Assembly: GCA_003353795.1 (NCBI GenBank)
Contig: PIVY01000046.1
Coordinates: 1-29,205, forward strand
Source: a bacterium
GTDB lineage: Bacteria > Krumholzibacteriota > Krumholzibacteriia > LZORAL124-64-63
Length of the DNA: 29,205 nucleotides
Reading direction: 5' to 3'
Shown: positions 8,881 to 17,896 of the stretch, in pieces
How the letters are laid out: every line of letters starts with the position of its first letter
Position numbering within the stretch: the stretch's first letter is position 1
Notes under the pieces: model-generated
What the model saw: only the letters and a program-made list of their open reading frames with translations
Told to the model about the DNA's origin: nothing
Database searches by the model: none
Translations under genes and position numbers: made by a program

Positions 8881-11001
8881 ATGCGAACTCTGACCCTGAT
8901 CGTGACGACCATGGCCCTACTGTCCCTGGCCGGCTGTGCCGGCGATCCCGCTCCCCCGACCGCCAAACAGATTCCGCACGAGTTGACGGCCCATGGCCAG
9001 ACCCGTGTCGACGAGTACTACTGGCTGCGCGAGCGGGACAATCCCGACGTGGTTCGATACCTGGAAGACGAGAACGCCTATCTCCAGCAGGTGATGGCCC
9101 CCACGGAGGCGCTCCAGGACGAACTCTTCGAGGAAATGATCGGGCGGATCGAACCCGATGACGCCTCGGTCCCGCGGTTTTCGCGAGGCTACTGGTACTA
9201 CACGCGCTATGTCGAAGGTGGGGAGTATGCCCTCCATTGCCGGCGCGAAGGGACCATGGAGGCGCCGGAAGAGGTGATGCTCGACGGCAACCAACTCGCG
9301 TCCGGCGAGGGTTATTTCGCCCTCAGCGGCGTGCGGGTCGCCAGCGACAACCGCACCGTGGCATACGCCGTCGACACCGTCGGTCGGCGCAAGTACACCT
9401 GGCGATTCCGCGACCTCGCCACCGGCCAGGACCTGCCTGACAGGATTCCGGACATGACTCCCCGAGCGGTCTGGGCTGAAGACGGGCGGACTCTCTTCTA
9501 CGTCCGCCAGGACCCCGAGACCCTCCGCAGCTACCAGGTCTGGCGACACGAACTGGGGCAGGATCCGGCCAACGCTGTTCTGGTCTTCGAGGAGACCGAC
9601 GACACCTTCAGCGTCGGTGTCGGCAAGAGCAAGAGCCGGCGCTATCTGCTGATTCGCTCGTCTCAGACCATTGCCGACGAGGTCCGATACCTGCTGGCCG
9701 ACCAGCCCGCCGGACAGTGGCGAGTGTTCCAGCCACGGGAGCGTGGCCTCGAGTATTCGGTCGATCATATCGACGACCGGTTCGTGGTGCGGACGAATCT
9801 GGAAGCCGAGAACTTCCGGCTGGTCGCGTGCGGCCAAGACTGGACCGGCAAAGAGGGCTGGCAGGATCTGGTGCCCCACGATCCCGAGGTGCTGGTGACG
9901 GGATTCGAGTTGTACCGCGATTTCCTGGTCGTCCAGGAACGTCGAGGCGGCCTGGCTCATCTGCGCATCAAGCCCTGGCACGACACCGGCGAGCACGACC
10001 TCGAATTCGGCGAGGCCACCTACAGCGCCTGGATCATCGGCTCGCCGGAACTGGACACGACCACTCTGCGGTACGGATTCAGTTCCCTCACCACCCCGCG
10101 GTCGGTCATCGACTACGACATGAATTCCCGCACGCGGGTGGTGATGAAGCAGGACAAGGTGCTCGGGGAGTTCGACCCGCAGTGGTACCAGGCCGAGTAC
10201 ATCCGCGCCACGGCACCGGACGGTACCGAGGTCCCCGTCTCGCTGGTCTATCGGAAGGATCTCTTCGCGCGAGGCGAGAATCCCTGCCTGGTCTACGGCT
10301 ACGGCTCCTACGGCTCCAGTTCGAGCGCCGGATTCCGCAGCTGGCGGCTGAGCCTGCTCGATCGCGGCTTCGTGTTCGCCATCGCTCATGTGCGAGGTGG
10401 CCAGGAAATGGGCCGCCACTGGTACGAGGACGGCAAGCTGCTCCGGAAGATGAACACGTTCACGGACTTCATCGCCTGTGGCGAGCACCTGATCGACGCC
10501 GGGTACTCCGATCCGGATCGGATCTACGCCATGGGCGGCAGCGCGGGCGGCCTTCTGGTTGGCGCGGTGGTCAATCTGGCGCCGGACCTCTGGCACGGCG
10601 CCGTGGCGGACGTGCCGTTCGTGGACGTGGTCACCACCATGCTGGACGATTCTATCCCACTGACCACCGGCGAGTATGACGAGTGGGGCAATCCCCACGA
10701 GCAGGTCTATCATGACTACATGCTGGCCTACTCGCCTTACGACCAGGTGGAAGCCAAGAATTATCCCAACTTGCTGGTCACCGCCGGCTTCCACGATTCG
10801 CAGGTCCAGTACTTCGAACCTGCCAAGTGGGTCGCGCGGTTGCGAAACCGCAAGACCGATGAGAACCTGTTGCTTCTGCATACGAACATGGAGGCGGGCC
10901 ACGGCGGGCAGTCGGGCCGCTTCCGGCGCTACCGGGAAACCGCGCTGGAGTGCGCGTTCCTGCTTACCCTGGCTGATTCCCAGCGAGAGGACACACCGTG
11001 A
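8881..11001 (+). CDS. ptrB: S9A serine peptidase lipoprotein (oligopeptidase B / prolyl oligopeptidase family)
   Basis: 706 aa. Lipobox LSLAGC. N-terminal beta-propeller region. Catalytic serine in GGSAGGLLVG. C-terminal HD...H region. The antisense 661-aa ORF 8917..10902- is a shadow. Confidence 0.9.
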   Translation: MRTLTLIVTTMALLSLAGCAGDPAPPTAKQIPHELTAHGQTRVDEYYWLRERDNPDVVRYLEDENAYLQQVMAPTEALQDELFEEMIGRIEPDDASVPRFSRGYWYYTRYVEGGEYALHCRREGTMEAPEEVMLDGNQLASGEGYFALSGVRVASDNRTVAYAVDTVGRRKYTWRFRDLATGQDLPDRIPDMTPRAVWAEDGRTLFYVRQDPETLRSYQVWRHELGQDPANAVLVFEETDDTFSVGVGKSKSRRYLLIRSSQTIADEVRYLLADQPAGQWRVFQPRERGLEYSVDHIDDRFVVRTNLEAENFRLVACGQDWTGKEGWQDLVPHDPEVLVTGFELYRDFLVVQERRGGLAHLRIKPWHDTGEHDLEFGEATYSAWIIGSPELDTTTLRYGFSSLTTPRSVIDYDMNSRTRVVMKQDKVLGEFDPQWYQAEYIRATAPDGTEVPVSLVYRKDLFARGENPCLVYGYGSYGSSSSAGFRSWRLSLLDRGFVFAIAHVRGGQEMGRHWYEDGKLLRKMNTFTDFIACGEHLIDAGYSDPDRIYAMGGSAGGLLVGAVVNLAPDLWHGAVADVPFVDVVTTMLDDSIPLTTGEYDEWGNPHEQVYHDYMLAYSPYDQVEAKNYPNLLVTAGFHDSQVQYFEPAKWVARLRNRKTDENLLLLHTNMEAGHGGQSGRFRRYRETALECAFLLTLADSQREDTP

Positions 11002-11729
11002 ATCTGCGATCCAACACCCGATTCTTCCCGATCTTCCTGGCCGTGGTGATGCTACTGGTCACCGTAGGAGAGGCCAGCGCCCAGCGACGTGGGGGTTCGC
11101 CCCAGCGGGCGGCCGCTCCCCAGCACGACGAGAAGATCGACATTTCGGTCATGTACGGACACATGTGGGGCGGGAACATCGAGACCTGGAACGGAAACAG
11201 GTTTCGGCTCGGGACCGCCCCCAGCTGGCAGATCGCCCTGGACATCCCCATGGGGCCGGCCACCTGGGTGGAGTTGAGCTACGATCACCAGGACGGCAAG
11301 CTCGATTGGGACGAACGCGGCCAGCCGATACGGACCCTCAGCGACATGTCGGTCAACTACTGGCAGATCGGTATGGTGCGGGGTGTTCCGCGCGGCAACG
11401 TGGTTCCCTACGGAACGTTCGCCCTGGGCGTCACCTACTACAATCCCTCCGAGAGCAGTTTTACGATTCCCGAGGACAGTAACAATCCGGCCGATACCTA
11501 CTACCTGGATTCGGCCACCAAGTTCTCGATGTCGCTCGGCGTGGGCGTGAAGGCATTCTTCGGCGAGGCGCAGCGAATCGGCGTCCGCGCCAGCTTCCGG
11601 ACCATGCCGACGTTCTACAACACCGGCGCCGGCCTCTGGTTCGGCAGCGGTGGCGCGGGCGTGAGCGTGTCGGGGTACGCAATCTGGCAGTGGGAAGTGG
11701 CGGCCGGTTTGACGATCAAGATGGGTTGA
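10998..11729 (+). CDS. Small outer-membrane beta-barrel protein (OmpW/OmpA-like porin-family barrel)
   Basis: GTG start overlapping the peptidase stop by 4 nt (GTGA). Signal peptide ending ASAQ. Alternating amphipathic beta-strands. A C-terminal aromatic-rich strand. Confidence 0.7.
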   Translation: MNLRSNTRFFPIFLAVVMLLVTVGEASAQRRGGSPQRAAAPQHDEKIDISVMYGHMWGGNIETWNGNRFRLGTAPSWQIALDIPMGPATWVELSYDHQDGKLDWDERGQPIRTLSDMSVNYWQIGMVRGVPRGNVVPYGTFALGVTYYNPSESSFTIPEDSNNPADTYYLDSATKFSMSLGVGVKAFFGEAQRIGVRASFRTMPTFYNTGAGLWFGSGGAGVSVSGYAIWQWEVAAGLTIKMG

Positions 11730-11745
11730 GATAGCCGACCGTGAG

Positions 11746-11790
11746 AAAAAAAGAAGAGCCCCGCTCTCACCAGGAGAGCGGGGCTTCTTC
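11746..11790. terminator. Bidirectional rho-independent terminator
   Basis: Perfect 12-bp stem AGCCCCGCTCTC-accag-GAGAGCGGGGCT at 11757-11785. The plus strand is followed by TTCTTCGTCTC. The minus strand is followed by a U7 run (the A7 at 11746-11752). The site lies between the convergent OMP(+) and RRM(-) genes. Confidence 0.75.
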
Positions 11791-11836
11791 GTCTCGGCGT
11801 CTCTGGCGAACCGTTATCGGGTCCGCCGGACGCGAG

Positions 11837-12127
11837 CTACCAGCGGGAGCCGCCGCCGCCGCCACCGCCGCCGCCGCGCGGCTCGCGGGGCCGGGCCTCA
11901 TTGACGGTCAACGTGCGTCCGTCGATCTCCTGGCCGTTGACGGCCTGGATGGCGGACATGGCAGCGTTGTCGTCGGACATTTCAACGAAACCGAAGCCGC
12001 GGGAGCGGCCGGTGTCGCGGTCCAGGACCACCTTGGCGCTGACGACCTCGCCGTGCGAGGAGAACATGGCAGCCAGGTCGTGGTCGGAGCAATTGAAATT
12101 GAGGTTACCCACGTAGATCTTCTTCAC
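11837..12127 (-). CDS. rbp: Glycine-rich RNA-binding protein with a single RRM domain
   Basis: 96 aa. RNP2 IYVGNL and RNP1 RGFGFVEM. C-terminal GGGGGGGGG tail. Confidence 0.92.
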   Translation of the reverse strand: MKKIYVGNLNFNCSDHDLAAMFSSHGEVVSAKVVLDRDTGRSRGFGFVEMSDDNAAMSAIQAVNGQEIDGRTLTVNEARPREPRGGGGGGGGGSRW

Positions 12128-12206
12128 GAGAACACTTCTTTCGAAAACACAGGGCCAGGCTTCGTTTCCAGTATCGGCTCTACAGGCCGGACCCCATCAA
12201 GAACAG

Positions 12207-12226
12207 ACTGGCGCTGTCGCCAGTCC
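12207..12226 (-). promoter_or_regulatory. Stable hairpin in the 163-nt leader of the RRM gene, next to an 11-bp tandem repeat
   Basis: On the minus-strand sense: GACUGGCG-acag-CGCCAGUC (8-bp stem) followed by UGUUCUUG. At 12230-12250 sits the tandem GTTCAATTTTC/GTTCAATTTC (plus-strand reading). It could be a terminator/attenuator after the DUF481 gene, or a structure in a cold-shock-type 5'UTR. Confidence 0.3.
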
Positions 12227-12290
12227 CAGTTCAATTTTCGTTCAATTTCGTGGATTCGCAAGGGAATTCTCGCCACCGGCGGGGCGCGAT

Positions 12291-13382
12291 CTAGAAATCG
12301 ACGCCCAGTCCGTAAGCCATGGTCACGTCGTCACTTTTGGGCGTGATTCCTTCGGCATTCGTCTTGGGATTGGAGTTGTGGTCCCAGGTGACGGAGGCCG
12401 TGAAGTCGATGATGTCGCCCAGGATGTCGAAGGAAAGCATGAAATAGCTGTGGTGCAACGTGGTTTCGTCCGTGCCGAGAGTGCGGCGGATGCTGTATTC
12501 GGTGTCCAGCTCGATGTTCTTGGTCAGGTCCATTTCCAGCGTCGTACCCAGGGTGATAGTGCCATTGTTGACGGTGAGGTCCTCGCCCTCGCCAACCGAG
12601 ATATAGGTCGTCTTCTGGTAACCGCCGCTGGCGTTGATCTGCCAGTCGGTCTTGCTGCGAATGAGGTAGTAACCGAAACCGGCACTGAGGCCCGATCTCA
12701 GGTCGATGTTCTGGAATTCGTCGTTGAACAGATCCACGGCCAGCGGTGTGACGAAGAGCTGGCGCGAGAGGAACCAGTTGGCATCGACGTCGACGCGGCT
12801 GTTGGCCACCGTGCTCTCCCCGTCGGTGGAACCGTAATTGCCGCGGTACTCGGCGTTGAACTGGCTCCGGGTGGTCTGGCGCCGTAGCCGCAGAAATGAC
12901 GTGAAGTCGTTTTGCTCGGTATTGCCGGTGCGGGCGACGAGATTCGCAGTGGCCTTCAGCGACCAGTAATTGAGTTCGGTGGGTCGGCCCTCGATGATGG
13001 CGAGGACCTGGCTGGCCGAGTATTCCTCAACGCCCACTCCGGTGCGAATCCTCATGATCCCGTCGCTCATGGCGACCGTTCCCGACACGACCTTGCCACC
13101 GATCATGCCAACGGTGAGAATCCGCGCCGAGCGGATCTCAGCGACGTCTTCCCAGTCGAACTCGAGATCGTCCATCTCCTCGCTATCGAAGTACATCTTC
13201 TCGTACTGGAGCAACTCGATGGCTCCGCGGACCCACTCGCCGGACGACAATCGGACCCAGTCCTTGGATTCCGGCTTGGGTGTCGGAGGTTCCCAGTCGG
13301 CGGCGGAGGGCGCTGCGGGATACGCTGCCCAGGTGGCGCCGATCAGGAGGATGGCGAGGCCTATGCGCGTCGTGATCGACAT
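12291..13382 (-). CDS. DUF481-family (YdiY-like) outer-membrane beta-barrel protein
   Basis: I reset the start to the ATG at 13382 (MSITTRIGLAILLIGATWAAYPAAPSAA signal) with GGGAG 8 nt upstream. The C-terminal half has DUF481-like motifs (NTEQNDFTSFLRLRRQTTRSQFNAEYRGNYG). It ends in ...GLGVDF, the terminal Phe being typical of OMPs. Confidence 0.7.
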   Translation of the reverse strand: MSITTRIGLAILLIGATWAAYPAAPSAADWEPPTPKPESKDWVRLSSGEWVRGAIELLQYEKMYFDSEEMDDLEFDWEDVAEIRSARILTVGMIGGKVVSGTVAMSDGIMRIRTGVGVEEYSASQVLAIIEGRPTELNYWSLKATANLVARTGNTEQNDFTSFLRLRRQTTRSQFNAEYRGNYGSTDGESTVANSRVDVDANWFLSRQLFVTPLAVDLFNDEFQNIDLRSGLSAGFGYYLIRSKTDWQINASGGYQKTTYISVGEGEDLTVNNGTITLGTTLEMDLTKNIELDTEYSIRRTLGTDETTLHHSYFMLSFDILGDIIDFTASVTWDHNSNPKTNAEGITPKSDDVTMAYGLGVDF

Positions 13383-13764
13383 GAACGGAACTCCCGAAAT
13401 TGCATCTTCGTGAACATCGGCGCCTAGAATATAGAACCCGGCAGCGAGCGCCACGAAAATCTCTCGATATCGACGGGTCCGGACGCCGGCGGCATCCCGG
13501 AACGTTCATGACTATGCTGTCACGGCCTCGCCGCTTCGGCGATCCAGTTTGGAGTTCCCATGATCACCCTGCTGACGAATCCGAGTCTTCCGGGACCCTA
13601 TCTGGGCCTCCGATAGTCCCTGCGGTTCGTCGGCCGAGGGTCAGTCGCACCTGGCGCGATCCCCTTGCCGTGTTAACATCGCACTGGCTCATGGGCGCTG
13701 GCCCATCACCGGCCACCATGTCCGCCGCATGGCGGAAAGACTCTAGAAAGACGGTCGAACCACC

Positions 13765-14877
13765 ATGACACCCACGGTCACCGGAGTGCTCGAACTCCTG
13801 TCCCGCGGCGGAGGGTTCCTACGCGACCCCGCGCGTTCGCTGAAGGCCACCTCCGACGATCTCTTCGTGCCACAGACGCTCATCAAGAAATACAGCCTCG
13901 TGACCGGCGCCACGGTGACCGGTCAGGTCGGAAAGGGCAAGAAGGGGCCGCTGCTGGCCGCGGTCACCGACGTCTGCGGCCTGCCGCCCGACGCGTTCGG
14001 TGCTCGCACGCTTTTCGCCGACCTCACCGTGATCAATCCGGAGGAACGCTTCCGGCTGGGCGACGGCGGCAACCCGTCCATGCGTCTGGTGGACCTGCTG
14101 GCGCCGGTGGCCCGCGGCACTCGCGGCCTCATCGTGGCGGCGCCCAAGACCGGAAAGACCCAGTTGCTGGAGGAACTCGCGGTGGCCATCGCCGCCGATG
14201 CACCCGAGACCCGTCTGGTGGTGCTACTGGTGGACGAGCGACCGGAAGAGGTCACCCATTTCCGCCGGCGGGTACCTGCCGAGGTGCTCGCCAGCAGCAA
14301 CGATCAGGACACGGCCACCCACGTGCGTCTGGCCGAACTCTGCCTGGCCCAGGCCCGCTGTGAACTGGAGTGCGGCCACGACGTGGTCATCCTGGTGGAC
14401 AGCCTCACCCGCATGGGCCGCGCCTTCAACGTGCACGGCTCGGGTTCCGGCCGCACCCTCTCGGGCGGTCTCGATTCGCGGGCGCTGGAGATTCCGCGAC
14501 GCTTCTTCGGCCTGGCGCGCAACATCGAGGGTGGCGGATCGGTGACCGTGATCGCCTCGGCTCTCGTGGAGACCGGGTCCCGCATGGACGACCTCATCTT
14601 CGAGGAGTTCAAGGGCACCGGAAACATGGAACTGGTGCTGTCGCGCAAGCTGGCCGAGCAGCGCGTCTTTCCGGCCCTGGACGTGCGGCAGAGCGGTACC
14701 CGGCGCGACGAACTGCTCTACGACGAGGTCGAGTTCGCGGCCGTGAGCCTACTGCGGCGCGGCGCGGCGGCCGCCGAACCGGGACCGGCCATGGCGGGGC
14801 TGATGAAGCTGCTGGAGAAGCACGCCGACAACGCGGCGTTGCTGGCGGCCATGAAGCCGGCGGCCGGCTCGGCCTGA
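13765..14877 (+). CDS. rho: Transcription termination factor Rho (short form lacking the N-terminal helix bundle)
   Basis: 370 aa. The N-terminus aligns with E. coli Rho from about residue 49 (GVLELLSRGGGFLR vs GVLEILPDGFGFLR). OB-fold RNA-binding region. Walker A AAPKTGKT. LVDERPEEV. Q- and R-loop regions (LSRKLAEQRVFPALDVRQSGTRRDELL). An in-frame stop at 13744 rules out an upstream extension. Confidence 0.9.
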   Translation: MTPTVTGVLELLSRGGGFLRDPARSLKATSDDLFVPQTLIKKYSLVTGATVTGQVGKGKKGPLLAAVTDVCGLPPDAFGARTLFADLTVINPEERFRLGDGGNPSMRLVDLLAPVARGTRGLIVAAPKTGKTQLLEELAVAIAADAPETRLVVLLVDERPEEVTHFRRRVPAEVLASSNDQDTATHVRLAELCLAQARCELECGHDVVILVDSLTRMGRAFNVHGSGSGRTLSGGLDSRALEIPRRFFGLARNIEGGGSVTVIASALVETGSRMDDLIFEEFKGTGNMELVLSRKLAEQRVFPALDVRQSGTRRDELLYDEVEFAAVSLLRRGAAAAEPGPAMAGLMKLLEKHADNAALLAAMKPAAGSA

Positions 14878-14974
14878 TTGTAAGAGATCCCTCGAGCGGC
14901 AAACGGGAACGTTGGTACCCGCATCACGGGACCATCGTCTCGTATTCTCGTGACTTGTTCGAGGAGGTCATTCC

Positions 14975-15640
14975 ATGCTGAACCGGCAATGGTTCTTCGC
15001 CCTCGCGGTCCTGCTGGTCGCCGTTCCGGTGTTCGGCCAGGGCACGCCGGTGGCTGCCAACAGCACCGCCGTACTCAACTCCCCCCATCCCGCCGTCTCG
15101 ATCTTCGTGGTTCCCAACGGCAGTGGCTCGCCGCTCATGAACTGCTTCGGTCCCGGCGGCGTGCCCACGTCCGCCACCATCGTGGCCACGTTCGTCGACG
15201 CCTCCGGAGTCATGGTTCCCGGCGTTCCTCAGCGGGACATCCGTCTCGAGCATCTCAACTCGCCCATGAGCTGGTGCTCGGACGCCTTCTATCCACCGCC
15301 GCCGCACGCCGCCAACTGCGCCGACGGGCCGTCGAACCTGGCCGGTCAGGCCACGTTCTCCCTGGCCTATCACGGCGGTGGTCAGCAATTCCAGAACTGT
15401 CGGGTGTGGGTGCTCGAGGCGACCGGATCGTATCAGCCGCTCCCGCAGGTCCTGCCCGTGAGCATGAACAGCCCGGATCTCAGCGGCGACCTGGCGGTCA
15501 ACCTGTCCGACATCGTGCTATTCACCCAGGATCTCCAGGGCGGCGGCGCACCGTACCGGTCGGATTTCAACTGGGACGGCGCGATCAACCTGACCGACAT
15601 CGCCATGTTCGCGCAGACGCTGGCGACGAGTTGCCCGTGA
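14975..15640 (+). CDS. Secreted hypothetical protein with a C-terminal dockerin-like (EF-hand-type Ca-binding) repeat pair
   Basis: Signal peptide MLNRQWFFALAVLLVAVPVFGQG. GAGGAGG 8 nt upstream. C-terminal DLSGDLAVNLSDIVLF and DFNWDGAINLTDIAMFAQTL match the dockerin DxNxDGxIN/xxD pattern. Confidence 0.6.
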   Translation: MLNRQWFFALAVLLVAVPVFGQGTPVAANSTAVLNSPHPAVSIFVVPNGSGSPLMNCFGPGGVPTSATIVATFVDASGVMVPGVPQRDIRLEHLNSPMSWCSDAFYPPPPHAANCADGPSNLAGQATFSLAYHGGGQQFQNCRVWVLEATGSYQPLPQVLPVSMNSPDLSGDLAVNLSDIVLFTQDLQGGGAPYRSDFNWDGAINLTDIAMFAQTLATSCP

Positions 15641-15647
15641 TCGGAGG

Positions 15648-17426
15648 TTACCGCTCGCGCCGTCGCTGCTTGCGGCTCACCGGTGCGGGCGGGCCTCCCC
15701 GCGGCTTCTGGCGCTTGCCCCGATAGGCGGGCCGCGGCTCGCTGCTGCCGGCTCCGGCCCGCTCCATGGCCAGGGGCACGCCCAGCACGCGGACGCGTTG
15801 CAGCCGGTTCAGCACGTGGTCGGGCATGCCGGTGGGCAAGTCGACGAAGCTGTGCTCCTGGTGGATCTCGATCCGGCCGATGACGCGACCCTCGATGCCG
15901 GCCTCGCCGGTGATGGCGCCCACCAGATTGCCCGGCGCGATACCATGGGCACGGCCCACGGCCACCCGGAAACGTTCGAAGTCACCCTCCTTGGGAGGTC
16001 CGTGGCGGGCCGGTCGCTGATTGCGGGCATGACGCGGGCCGGCTCCCGGTGGCGGCGGCCGATCCGAGGGGTCGATCCAGGCGATGCGCTCCATGTCTTG
16101 CACCAGCAGCGGCTCGTCGCCCTGGAGCAGGCGGGCCAGGGCCGCGGCGACCTCGAGCTGCGGAGCGTCGTTGTCGCGGCAGTACCGGTCGACGATGTCG
16201 GCGAAGGGGCCGAGCTGGCCGACCGGTTCGCGGGCGGCGGTGATGCGGTCCTGGAAGCGGGCGATGCGGCGCTCATTGATGGCGCCGGCGTCCGGGGGAT
16301 CCATGCGCTCGATGCGCTGCTTGGTGGTGCGTTCGATGGTGGTCAGCAGACGTCGCTGCGCCGGGCTCACGAAGAGGATGGCGTCGCCCTCGCGGCCCGC
16401 CCGGCCGGTGCGGCCGATCCGGTGGATGTAGGCCTCGGGGTCGTAGGGGATGTCGAAGTTGACCACGTGGCTGAGGCGGTCGATGTCCAGTCCTCGCGCC
16501 GCCACGTCGGTGGCCACGAGGATGTCCAGCTTGCCCTTGCGGAGCCGGTCCACGGTGCGCTCGCGCAGGTTCTGGTCCATGTCGCCGTTGAGGGCGGCGG
16601 CGGCGATCCCGCGCAATTTCAGCTGCTCGGTGACCTCGACGGTGGCGGCGCGGGTGCGCACGAAGACGATGACGCCGTCGGTGGCCTCGCCCTCGAGCAC
16701 GCGGGCCAGCGCCTCCAGCTTCTTCGACTCGCTCACCAGCACGTAGCGCTGCCGCGTGGCTTCCACGGTGGACGTGCGCGCGGCAATGGTGACCTCGGCG
16801 GGGTCGTTCAGGTATTGGCGCGCGATCTTGCGGATCACCGGCGGCATGGTGGCCGAGAAGAGGGCGACCTGCCGCTCGTCGGGGGTCTGCTCCAGGATCC
16901 AGGTCACGTCGTCGATGAAGCCCATGCGGAGCATCTCGTCCGCTTCGTCCAGTACGAGGCAGGCGAGGTCGTCGAGGATCAGGGTGCCGCGCCGCATATG
17001 ATCCATGACGCGGCCGGGAGTGCCCACGGCCACGTGGATGCCGCGGCGGAGGCTGCGGAACTGCTTGCCGTAGTCGGCGCCGCCGTAGATGGGCAGCACC
17101 TTGAAGCCCTCCATGAACTGGGCGTATTCCTCGAAGGACGCTGCCACCTGCATGGCCAACTCGCGCGTGGGTGTGAGCACGAGGGCCTGGGGGTTCTGCA
17201 GTTCGGGGTCCAGCAACGAGAGGATGGGCAGGGCGAAGGCGCCGGTCTTGCCGGTGCCGGTCTGCGCCTGGCCCACGGCGTCGCGGCCGGCAGCGAGGTG
17301 CGGAATCAATTGCGCCTGGATGGGCGTGGGCGTGGTGTGTCCCAGCTCATCAAGAGCCATCTGCACGGGCTCGATGAGAGAAAGGTCGTGGAAACCCACG
17401 AGGTCTGACTGGTCTTCGCTGGACAT
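15648..17426 (-). CDS. deaD: DEAD-box ATP-dependent RNA helicase (DeaD/CsdA type) with a C-terminal DbpA-like RNA-binding domain and an RG-rich tail
   Basis: 592 aa. Q motif, AQTGTGKT, DEADEMLRMGF, SAT, HRIGRTGRAG. It is convergent with the dockerin gene, only 7 bp apart. The antisense 536-aa ORF 15798..17408+ is a shadow. Confidence 0.95.
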   Translation of the reverse strand: MSSEDQSDLVGFHDLSLIEPVQMALDELGHTTPTPIQAQLIPHLAAGRDAVGQAQTGTGKTGAFALPILSLLDPELQNPQALVLTPTRELAMQVAASFEEYAQFMEGFKVLPIYGGADYGKQFRSLRRGIHVAVGTPGRVMDHMRRGTLILDDLACLVLDEADEMLRMGFIDDVTWILEQTPDERQVALFSATMPPVIRKIARQYLNDPAEVTIAARTSTVEATRQRYVLVSESKKLEALARVLEGEATDGVIVFVRTRAATVEVTEQLKLRGIAAAALNGDMDQNLRERTVDRLRKGKLDILVATDVAARGLDIDRLSHVVNFDIPYDPEAYIHRIGRTGRAGREGDAILFVSPAQRRLLTTIERTTKQRIERMDPPDAGAINERRIARFQDRITAAREPVGQLGPFADIVDRYCRDNDAPQLEVAAALARLLQGDEPLLVQDMERIAWIDPSDRPPPPGAGPRHARNQRPARHGPPKEGDFERFRVAVGRAHGIAPGNLVGAITGEAGIEGRVIGRIEIHQEHSFVDLPTGMPDHVLNRLQRVRVLGVPLAMERAGAGSSEPRPAYRGKRQKPRGGPPAPVSRKQRRRER

Positions 17427-17576
17427 GATGTTCCTTGGGAAGGGGAGGAGGCGGGAAGATAGGAGGAATTGGGTGGGTTGACCAGGGGAATCGGCTGGGA
17501 AGCGACCGAATTCGGCCCGGTTCGGCGGGTCGGTTCGTCCGGTTCCACGGGTTCCAATCCGCCCGCCGGGCCGCCG

Positions 17577-17774
17577 CTACCTCGGCCGAGCCCCCAGCAG
17601 CCTCGCCGGCAGGAAGATCACGGCCTTGAGCAGCTCGAACACCCCGGCGAACGCGACCCCGACCAGCCGGAACGGCAGCAGCAGCAGCCAGACCAGCGGG
17701 TAAAGCACCACGAAGAGAATGGCCAGCGGCCAGCAAAGCACGAAGAGGATGAGCCAGAGCAGGACGTTCAACAC
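17577..17774 (-). CDS. Small two-TM membrane protein of unknown function (65 aa)
   Basis: GTG start with GGAGG 5 nt upstream. GC3-rich codons. Two hydrophobic helices (LLWLILFVLCWPLAILFVVLYPLVWLLLLPF). Located 150 bp upstream of deaD on the same strand. Confidence 0.4.
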   Translation of the reverse strand: MLNVLLWLILFVLCWPLAILFVVLYPLVWLLLLPFRLVGVAFAGVFELLKAVIFLPARLLGARPR

Positions 17775-17896
17775 GGGGCCTCCAGGGTTCGGGCACGGGT
17801 AGCGTACCCACGAACAACGTCCTGTGTTCGCCGATGTTACTGGTTGAAATAGCAGTAATTTGGTAGGGTTTGTAGCCTACCCTCACGGAGGTCGCC

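Noticed and set aside
8640-8966. N-terminal extension of the TAXI binding-protein ORF to 8966
   Set aside because: The extension has no signal peptide or homology. The internal ATG at 8639 gives a canonical signal peptide and has an AGGAGA SD.
8917-10902. 661-aa - strand ORF
   Set aside because: Antisense shadow of the S9 peptidase gene.
12230-12250. Tandem GTTCAATTT(T)C copies, considered as a CRISPR or other repeat array
   Set aside because: Only two short copies with no spacer-repeat periodicity. Treated as a leader-region motif only. I saw no CRISPR array anywhere in the window.
13400-13768. 122-aa + ORF upstream of rho, considered as a frameshifted N-terminal part of Rho
   Set aside because: It has no similarity to the Rho N-terminal helix bundle in any of the three frames. 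I interpret it as the leader region instead.
15798-17408. 536-aa + strand ORF
   Set aside because: Antisense shadow of deaD. All DEAD-box motifs are found in the minus-strand frame.
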